Shown one piece after another: positions 56,901-64,000 of a stretch of DNA of 64,000 nt. The DNA lies in the NCBI GenBank assembly GCA_012295275.1, contig CM022677.1, positions 3,348,001 to 3,412,000 on the forward strand, in the 5' to 3' direction. The stretch is from Chrysomallon squamiferum. Taxonomy: Eukaryota > Animalia > Mollusca. How positions within the stretch are numbered: the stretch's first letter is position 1; the number at the start of each line of letters is the position of its first letter. The notes under the pieces were generated by a model, which worked only from the letters and a program-made list of their open reading frames with translations, searched no databases and was not told the DNA's origin. The translations under genes were made by a program, and so were the position numbers.

Positions 56901-57724
56901 ATTAAGTAATTACGTAAATAATGACCTAAGTAAGCAAGGAAGCAAGTACCTAAGTCAGAGAGAATGCAAGTCAGTACACTTACAATTATGTGAGTAAGAA
57001 TGAAAGTAACTACTTAACAAATGTCCTAGGTTAGCAAGTAAGCGAGTGAGTTAGTAAATATTAACCTAAGTAAGTACATTAACAATTATCTAACTAAGAA
57101 AGAAAGGAAGTAAGTACTTAAATAATGATCTAAGTTGGTAAGGAAGCGAGCAACTAATTTAAAATGCAAATTTGTACATTAACAATTATCTCAGTAACAA
57201 CGTAAGTAAGTACGTAAATAATGACCTAAGTAAGCAAGAATGCAACTTACTTAGTGAGAATGCAAGTAAGTACGTTACCAATTATCTAAGTAAGAAATAA
57301 ATTTAGTACTTACCTAAATAATGACCTAAGTAAGCAAGGAAGCAAGTACCTAAGTAAGAGAGAATGCAAGTCAGTAGATTTATAATTATGTGAGTAAGAA
57401 TGTAAGTAACTACTTAACTAATGTCCTAGGTTAGCAAGTAAGCGAGTAGTTTAGTAAATAGTAACCTAAGTAAGTACATTAGCAATTATCTAAGTAAGAA
57501 AGAAAGTAAGTAAGTACGTAAATAATGATCTAAGTTGGCAACGAAGCGAGCAACTAAGTGAAAATACAAATTTGTACATTAACAATTATCTCAGTAACAA
57601 CGTAAGTAAGTACGTAAATAATGACCTTAGTAAGCAAGGTTGCAACTTACTTAGTGAGAATGCAAGTAAGTACGTTACCAATTATCTAAGTAAGAAATAA
57701 ATTAGTAATTACGTAAATAATGAC
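23922..57724 (-). repeat. Same 400/800-bp satellite in inverted orientation (about 84 monomers)
   Basis: Reverse complements of the left-array motifs (gagaatgcaagtaagtac, gtcctaggttag, aattatctcagtaacaacg) with the same X/Y alternation. Clean at about 24-39 kb and 55-57.7 kb, noisy at about 39-54 kb. Confidence 0.98.
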
Positions 57725-57924
57725 NNNNNNNNNNNNNNNNNNNNNNNNNNNNNNNNNNNNNNNNNNNNNNNNNNNNNNNNNNNNNNNNNNNNNNNNNNNN
57801 NNNNNNNNNNNNNNNNNNNNNNNNNNNNNNNNNNNNNNNNNNNNNNNNNNNNNNNNNNNNNNNNNNNNNNNNNNNNNNNNNNNNNNNNNNNNNNNNNNNN
57901 NNNNNNNNNNNNNNNNNNNNNNNN
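57725..57924. other. Assembly gap (200 N)
   Basis: Run of exactly 200 N separating the satellite contig from the non-satellite contig. Confidence 0.99.
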
Positions 57925-58099
57925 AATAAATTATAGAAAAAAAGATAGAAAAATAATAAAATGTCATAAAATAAAATATTACTGAAATAGTAACAAGACC
58001 TGAAGATGAAGAAATAATAAAATTAGAGATCAAACTGAAAAAAGTTTAAAATAAAAAAGATAAATAAAACATCATGATGATGATTATTGATACCAAATT

Positions 58100-58186
58100 T
58101 AAATAATACTAATACTAATCATAATATTAATAACAGTAATAATAATAATAATAATAATAATGCTGACAATGATAATAATAATAATT
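58100..58186 (+). repeat. Imperfect (AAT)n microsatellite
   Basis: Pure aataataat tract at about 58138-58161 with degenerate flanks. Confidence 0.85.
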
Positions 58187-58901
58187 AAAAATTATAAGGT
58201 AATCTGCGTTCTTCTTTAAGTTTGATAACAACAGCCAGAACAACCACTCTATTAAAAGGCTAATGACAGTCAGTTTAAGAAACAACAATGTAAACAAATG
58301 TCCAGTATCTCTGCTAAGAATTCAGTTAATGTCATTATGAGCGGAAAACATGTAAAAACTTAGATACTATACCATGCAGAAGTTGGCTCCTACATTTCAC
58401 TTTCCATCCAAAGACAATTATTTTTGTTTTCTCTTATTATTTTTCAAGTTACAAACTTGTTCAAGTACCTTTGTATCCTGTTATCATTTAGAGTTACTTC
58501 CCCTAGACCGTCAATCAAAGAATTTCAAAATTTCGAGGTCAGCATATTTTGTACAATATCCGACAACCCAAACGACTGAAAGTGTGCTTCCGGTCTTTTA
58601 TTTGTTTCATTTTATTTGTTGAAATTAATGTGAAATAAAGGCGTATAATGTATACAAAAAAATTAATTACGCGAATTTTATTTTAGGACTGGCGTATATT
58701 ATGTATCTTAGAAAGCTGTAATCAGTATGAGTCTTAGTAAAACGTATGTACAGGGCTTCAAGTTATGAACATGTGGACTGTAAAATTAAGTCTATTTTAT
58801 ATCCTCAGCACCCATCAGAGGCTTAGCCAGGTTTGAAAGTTAAGGAGAGAAAACACGCACCGAGTATGTTTTAAACACGTTATACATCTTTATTTTGTAA
58901 A

Positions 58902-58910
58902 AAATAATAA

Positions 58911-58947
<37 letters not shown>
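58902..58947 (+). repeat. (AAT)n microsatellite
   Basis: About 12 consecutive AAT units; this explains the poly-Tyr in ORF 58840..59088. Confidence 0.9.
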
Positions 58948-58951
<4 letters not shown>

Positions 58952-59290
58952 GCAAATAAAAAAATACATAATAAAAATATCCGTGTTTTTATATACTTTT
59001 TAATTAGTTTAATTTTAATTGTAAAATGAAAAAACGAAGCAATATCTAAACTGTATGAAGCAACAACAAGAGTCTGTCTAGGCTTCATTCCATCAATATT
59101 ATTAACATATCATAATCCACATCGGTACCCGATTATCTTTCATTGGAGAGCAAGGTAACCCAGTCTATATTTGCTTTCTATAATAAATTAAAACAAAATG
59201 AAATATATAAGAAATATCAAGGGGCGCGTCTGTCGCAGGGGTAGAGTAATAGCACGGACTTCGATGAGTCGTAGTCAAGTTGTGAATATA

Positions 59291-59470
59291 TAGCGTTAGC
59301 GTTAGGGTTATGGTTCGGGTTAGGGTTAGGATTAGCGTTAGCGTTAGGGTTAGGGTTAGGGTTAGGGTTAGGGTTAGCGTTAGGGTTAGGGTTATGGTTC
59401 GGGTTAGGGTTAGGGTTAGGGTTAGGGTTAGGTTAGGGTTAGGGTTAGGGTTAGGGTTAGGGTTTAGGTT
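59291..59470 (+). repeat. Interstitial telomere-like repeat (TTAGGG)n with variants TTAGCG, TTATGG, TTCGGG, TTAGGA and TTAGG
   Basis: About 30 hexamers, mostly TTAGGG, flanked by non-telomeric DNA on both sides. Further degenerate units lie at about 59545-59570. Confidence 0.95.
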
Positions 59471-59588
59471 TATTATAATTTATTACGATTCTTATAACAA
59501 GGTTAGTACTCTAGTGTTGGCATTCGAATTAAGTTTACCAACTTCGTTAGGGTTATGTTTAGAGTTAGGGGTACAGTCTCGCTTAAGG

Positions 59589-60215
59589 TTCTTTTTTTTG
59601 TTTTAATTCTTTCGTTTTTCTTTTTTGGCAAATGTACAGTTTACAAAACATAAATATACAAAATATAAATACAAGGAACAAAAACAAAAAATACTCACAG
59701 TACGTATAAAACGTATAACACATAGGGAATTTCACAACAGAGCTCTTTTTTATCTAATTGATATATCTGCATGGTTTATTAAATGTATACATTTAAAAAA
59801 CAACTATAAGTTAAAACAAAATAAAATAAAACTGAAAAAATGACTTCTAGAACCGCAACAAAGATGCACCACGTTTTAATACGATTGTATTTGTAATATA
59901 TATATATATTTTTGTTATCATATACTAATTTTTTACCATGGCTAGAAAACGAGGAAATGATACTGAAAGTGTTAGCTACACGAGCATTATATATATATAT
60001 ATATATATAATATATCGTTTTGTTATTAAAATTAAATGATTAAATATTTTTTGTCCTGATTTTGTACACCAAATATTATCTTTCTATCGTTCATAATTGT
60101 ACAGAATCCAATAACATCAAAAATCCAAGATTCCAAAAAGGTCACTTTGGAACATTTTACAAAAAGGTGCATGATCGTTTCCTCGTGTTCTTTACAGCTT
60201 GTTTGAAGCTTGTTG
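59589..60215 (-). mobile_element. 5'-truncated, degenerate non-LTR retrotransposon (L1/Tx1-like): ORF2 C-terminus, 3' UTR and A-rich tail
   Basis: The minus strand reads CKEHEETIMHLFVKCSKV..LESWIFD..KIIFG..; after frameshifts it reads LILITKRYI..YNARV..FPRFLAMVKN. This matches the C-x-ET-x2-HLF-x2-C zinc-knuckle (zf-RVT-like) tail of LINE ORF2. A degenerate poly(A) appears as a T-rich tract on + at 59589-59626. Confidence 0.7.
59988..60015. repeat. (TA)n microsatellite expanded inside the LINE remnant
   Basis: The tatatata tract interrupts the KRYIY coding motif. Confidence 0.85.
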
Positions 60216-60400
60216 CCAACGGTGAACAAATCATGAATGTGCTAGGAGACTTGTTACCATTGAGAAAGTAAAACATTACTCAGTAAGGAAACATTATTAT
60301 TATCATTTCTATTTTTTGTTATGTTCACTTTTATTAGCTGATGCCCAACGCAATCTCTTTTTCTAAAATCTTATATCTAGTACAAATTAATGCCATTGTT

Positions 60401-61146
60401 TCAGACATAAGATTGTGAACTGGAAATCTGAAACTTACTATAATTGTTCTGTGATACAATATAATTATAAACATCAGGTCTGATCAGGTCAACGTCACAT
60501 GGTCCAACCACAACTGATGTTCCAAACGGAATCCAGTCTAATCCTGCAGGAGGAAGGGGCAGCAGGCGCACGTTTCCATCTTGATAGATAACAAGTGTCT
60601 CACTGTAACCCTCTGACCAAGCAACTGGAAGAATTATTTTAAAATAGTCTACTTTTCTATAAAGCTTGTCAGTATTTTTTACATATACTTTCATGGTTTC
60701 CGGATTTCTGCACCAAAAGTCTACATCAACACCTGTAACAGTGAACTCGTTACTGGTGTATATAGGAAAATATTGTTCAGGTTTCATAGGTTTTCTTGCC
60801 AATTTTATTTCTTCCATACAAATGGAAAATACATCCTGTGTGGATAATGAAATTTTGATCAGATTTACGTTGTGTTCGATCAAAGAAAAGTTTGGGATTT
60901 GCCACTCGACATCAGTTTTCCCGGGTTGTAAACCAGCTTCTTTGAGCGCAATTAAATGTTTGTTTCTGTCTCTGTATGAAACCTGTAATTTTACAAATGA
61001 GGTCACTGGTTTGATTTTTAGACTGAAGATTTACCCAATATCAGCATCTATGTAACCTTCTGATCTTCCTTTTAACATGAATCGAATTTCAGTTACGGCT
61101 ATTTTCGATGTATTAGGTCCTGGATACACTTTCAAAGTTGCCGAAT
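60401..61146 (-). pseudogene. Large disabled exon of an unidentified protein (contains LVIYQDGNVRLLPLPPAGLDWIPFGTSVVVG)
   Basis: The 201-aa ORF 60401..61006 has normal globular composition. The same frame continues upstream (SATLKVYPGPNTSKIAVTEIRFMLKGRSEGYIDADIG*IFSLKIKP) through one TAA at 61031-61033. It is preceded by a pyrimidine tract ending tttcaa (61147-61149) where a phase-1 acceptor cag is expected. The protein-like sequence appears to end near 60470. Confidence 0.65.
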
Positions 61147-61250
61147 TTGAAAATAAAAGATTATTTGTTTTGTTTTGTTCAGACAGAGGTGGGTAAAACT
61201 CCAGTAGAGAGGAGACAAAGCAACACAGTCAGTTCTTTGTTTTCCTACAG

Positions 61251-61381
61251 CTGCTGTTGATATATCTATGATTAATTTTGCTCGTGCATGTCCAAATCAG
61301 GAAGACATTGATTCTCAGACAACTGGCTGTGCTTACCCAGCTGTGAACATCTTCTGGAATTTATTTGGTAAAATGTCTTTG
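61251..61381 (+). CDS. Candidate exon A of the Ig-superfamily gene; first half of an atypical Ig-like domain (phase 1 to 0)
   Basis: Acceptor ttctttgttttcctacag and donor TTG|gtaagc. The 131 nt read open: AVDISMINFARACPNQEDIDSQTTGCAYPAVNIFWNLFGKMSL. YPAVNIFW resembles the Ig BC-loop and C-strand Trp motif. Confidence 0.6.
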
Positions 61382-61563
61382 GTAAGCTTGCATTTATAAA
61401 TAAAACTAAACTGTAAAGGAAATTCTGCAACATTATTACAGCAATTGTATTGGTTGTTTTAATTATAAAGAAAAATATTGTTTGTGTTTCTTTTTAATTT
61501 TTATTATTACTTTTTTTTTAATGAATAAAGTATAGTTTTGGATTAAGCTGATGAAAAAAGCTT

Positions 61564-61564
<1 letters not shown>

Positions 61565-61610
<46 letters not shown>

Positions 61611-61611
61611 A
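61565..61611 (+). repeat. (TCTA)n / GATA microsatellite in an intron
   Basis: About 11 TCTA units with one variant. Confidence 0.9.
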
Positions 61612-61850
61612 CATAATAATAATCAATATTAAAACAGATTTTGCAATCAACAATATAAAATATTATCATGTGAAACTTTAAAATAATTTTGAAATTTGAA
61701 TTGTGAACTTTACTTGAACACCTGTGTTTTCTGTTAATTATCAATCTTATGTTAGTTAAAAAATAAACTGATAATAATCATTATATTTTTACTTCTGTTT
61801 ATATTGTATATTATATTAATGTTTATATTATACTTTTATTTCTTTATAAG

Positions 61851-62028
61851 AACTTGACACCAGTTATTACAACAGTTAGTGATGGTTGTACAACTTCTCA
61901 AGTTAAAACAGTTGCCAGGCTGACTATGAATTATTTAACTGTACAAGGAAAAGTTAATGTCACAACACCCTTGACTCATCCATCTTTTAACAATGGTTTC
62001 TATGACAAGTTTATTTGTAACTTTCCAG
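61851..62028 (+). CDS. Candidate exon B; second half of the atypical Ig-like domain (phase 0 to 1)
   Basis: Acceptor ttttatttctttataag and donor CCAG|gtaaat. The 178 nt read open: NLTPVITTVSDGCTTSQVKTVARLTMNYLTVQGKVNVTTPLTHPSFNNGFYDKFICNFP. Phases match both neighbouring exons. Confidence 0.65.
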
Positions 62029-62070
62029 GTAAATATCCTAAATAATCACTACATTCAACAGCTATTAAAT

Positions 62071-62130
62071 CTTTATTTATTTGTTTGTTTATTTATTTAT
62101 TTATTTGTTTATTTGATATTATTATTATTA

Positions 62131-62161
<31 letters not shown>

Positions 62162-62162
62162 A
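62071..62162 (+). repeat. Compound (TTTA/TTTG)n and (TTA)n microsatellite in an intron
   Basis: Directly visible simple repeats. Confidence 0.85.
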
Positions 62163-62664
62163 TTTTGTTGTTGCATTTTCCTTTGTTTTTGTTTTAAATA
62201 TATTTTTCTTATTTATTTATATTCTGGTTCATCACCTGATATATAAATATAATATTTTCTTTATAGCAAAATATTTTTATTTATTTCTTTTAGTTTTATT
62301 TTTGTTCTTATAGCTTTGTCACTAATTGTTTGCAATTCTTGTTTACTGCTCCCAGATTCTTTTTTCTTCAGCAAACATAAATCTATATCATTTTACTGCC
62401 CTTGTTTTCTGCCATCCACCATCACCCATCACTTGCACTAGAAGCTTTCTTACAATAATTATTATTTTCTAAAACTTTATAACATATTAATATACAGGGT
62501 AGACTGAAATAATAATAATGATAATGATTATGATAATGATCATGATCATGATACATGATACAAAACAAATCACTATATGGTAAAACTATCATTAGTCTCT
62601 ATGTTTGGTAAATAATAGTGAATTATATTTTAAGATAAGTGAGTCATACATTTATTTACAACAG

Positions 62665-62966
62665 TACAAGTAAAAGAGGTGACACTATTAAACATCAGTT
62701 CACAGAAAGATAAAATACAACTCAGAGAAGGTTTTGTCTCACGTCACCTAGCAACCCAGTCTCGTCTGTTTACTGGTACAAGAATAATCAACAGATAAAC
62801 ACAGGAATCACCAACATAAATATCACATCAGGTGACCTGACTGTAAGAAAGAGTTCTGTGTCACTGACACTGACTGAGTCAGATGATGGACACAGTGTTT
62901 ACTGCAAGGCAGGGGTTCCTGGACAAACTCTTGTGACATCCAACACTGGAATACTTGATGTGTCGT
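62665..62966 (+). pseudogene. Exon C: Ig domain (C2-set / nephrin-like) with a frameshifting deletion at about 62733
   Basis: Acceptor tttacaacag and donor T|gtaaga. It reads VQVKEVTLLNISSQKDKIQLREG, shifts frame, then CLTSPSNPVSSVYWYKNNQQINTG...SSVSLTLTESDDGHSVYCKAG...GILDVS. The 302-nt length is not a multiple of 3 for a phase 1-1 exon. Confidence 0.85.
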
Positions 62967-63217
62967 GTAAGACTTTTAACATTAGACATTTTAAAAATGT
63001 TTAAATAACTAAATAATTTCTAAATTATCTTTTTACTTTTATTTGTATAAAAATATAAAATTTAACTTACATTGTTAATACATATTTAACACGGTGATCA
63101 ATTTATTATTATTAAAATCATCTTTAAGTAAATTTCTTTCTGCTTCTTTTCCTGATACAGTTTTCAGAAATATCAGTTACAATTCTAAATATTTCACTAT
63201 TTGATTAAATTTTACAG

Positions 63218-63522
63218 ATCACAGAATGGTGTCATTGTCAGTTTTACAAATGGACACATTTTAGTCGAAGGGCGACCTTTGACCTTGACCTGTAGAACAC
63301 TGACACCTGTTAAACCAGATGTGGATTTCACCTGGAAGTTTAAAGATGGAACACATATAAATGGAACAAGGGGAGATAAACACGGTTCATCAGGAAATAC
63401 TTGGTTTCAAATACTGACACTGACACCCAGAAGAGTACAGAATGGGAAGACAATCCAGTGTACTGTGCAGAACACACATACACAGACTGAGTCTACAGGA
63501 GAGAAGTTTCTGGATGTAAAAT
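63218..63522 (+). pseudogene. Exon D: Ig domain with a frameshift at the exon start
   Basis: Acceptor aaattttacag and donor T|gtaagt. It reads LVEGRPLTLTCRT..PDVDFTWKFKDG...LTLTPRRVQNGKTIQCTVQN..FLDVK. The exon is 305 nt, and phase-1 splicing into it gives an early TAG. Confidence 0.85.
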
Positions 63523-63623
63523 GTAAGTTTATAAGAAATTAGACTTTGAGATAATACATATTTATTTTTATAATGATTTTTTTCTTGACTTTTTTTAAGA
63601 CTTATAAATATTTCTGATATCAG

Positions 63624-63892
63624 ATCCATCGAGTTCATTTCCAGTTGTTTCAGGAACAATATTTCCTGTGTTTGATGGTGAGACTGTCACACTGAACTGT
63701 TTTACAACTGGTGGAAACCCAAAACCAAATCTGAAGTGGACATGTTATAGTCCTGTAAACTGCTCTGACAGAGAACATGTACAATATCTTTCATGGCTAA
63801 CAGGACTCAGAATAACAAAGTGTGTGAGTGTGTTTCTAGTTGGAAGTATGGTGACTACAATGAGAGGAAAAGCAGAAACATGACTGTTCACT
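63624..63892 (+). pseudogene. Exon E: Ig domain with a frameshift at about 63770
   Basis: Acceptor tctgatatcag and donor T|gtaagt. It reads YPSSSFPVVSGTIFPVFDGETVTLNCFTTGGNPKPNLKWTC..., shifts frame, then RTCTISFMANRTQNNKVCECVSSWKYGDYNERKSRNMTVH. The exon is 269 nt. Confidence 0.85.
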
Positions 63893-64000
63893 GTAAGTAC
63901 TTTTTATATTGTTTATAATTTATACACATATCAACATAGTTTAGTGGGTAGATTCAGAATTAACATGTACAAATATTACAATGCTTCTGTTATCACATCA

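Larger units (their letters stand above)
61251..64000 (+). pseudogene. Partial multi-Ig-domain cell-surface or adhesion gene (nephrin/hemicentin-like), apparently pseudogenised; likely continues beyond the window
   Basis: Five co-oriented exons with GT-AG introns and phase-1 boundaries at domain ends. No signal-peptide exon was identified. Confidence 0.75.

Noticed and set aside
1-57724. Short ORFs within the satellite (e.g. 1273..1494, 8382..8585, 41263..41475, 50493..50705)
   Set aside because: Chance stop-free stretches of the repeat, mostly in noisy copies. Clean monomers are stop-rich, and the 400-bp period shifts frame each unit.
1-57724. CRISPR-like regular recurrence of short motifs
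   Set aside because: The intervening sequences are themselves repeated, so there are no unique spacers. There are no cas genes and the context is eukaryotic.
57925-59290. Search for a signal-peptide or first exon of the Ig gene, and for tRNA, SINE or rRNA genes
   Set aside because: No convincing exon, Pol III A/B boxes or cloverleaf could be identified by eye.
59310-59606. ORF encoding (VR)n/(LG)n dipeptide repeats
   Set aside because: This is the translation of TTAGGG repeats; nothing here indicates expression.
60666-61055. 129-aa plus-strand ORF
   Set aside because: An antisense shadow of the more protein-like minus-strand exon.
61183-61192. Possible 10-nt micro-exon (ttcag|ACAGAGGTGG|gtaaaa) upstream of exon A
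   Set aside because: The donor is weak and the sequence too short to support without transcript data.
61993-62313. Hydrophobic 106-aa ORF resembling a membrane protein (also 58374..58622, 58840..59088 and 59625..59843)
   Set aside because: Low-complexity AT-rich intron, UTR or microsatellite translations.
63390-63659. 89-aa minus-strand ORF
   Set aside because: Antisense to Ig exons D and E and the intron between them, with no independent coding signal.

Overview
This is AT-rich eukaryotic (animal) DNA, possibly a mollusc or other marine invertebrate; that taxonomy is inference from the TTAGGG tract, the Ig exon style and the LINE remnant. About 90% of the window (1-57724) is one satellite family. 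Its monomer is 400 bp, and two monomer types about 7% divergent alternate as an 800-bp dimeric higher-order repeat. The 400-mer is exactly 100 in-phase derivatives of CTTA and contains four ~100-bp sub-repeats, giving a 4/100/400/800-bp hierarchy. The array reads T-rich on + at 1-23690 and is inverted at 23922-57724, with a 200-N scaffold gap between the blocks. After a second 200-N gap, 57925-64000 holds microsatellites, an interstitial (TTAGGG)n tract, a 5'-truncated LINE remnant, a disabled minus-strand exon of an unidentified protein and five plus-strand exons of a multi-Ig-domain gene, three of them frameshifted. I found no prokaryotic genes, CRISPR array, RNA gene or intact novel protein system. 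The main interest is the satellite architecture, which makes it a candidate centromeric or pericentromeric repeat.
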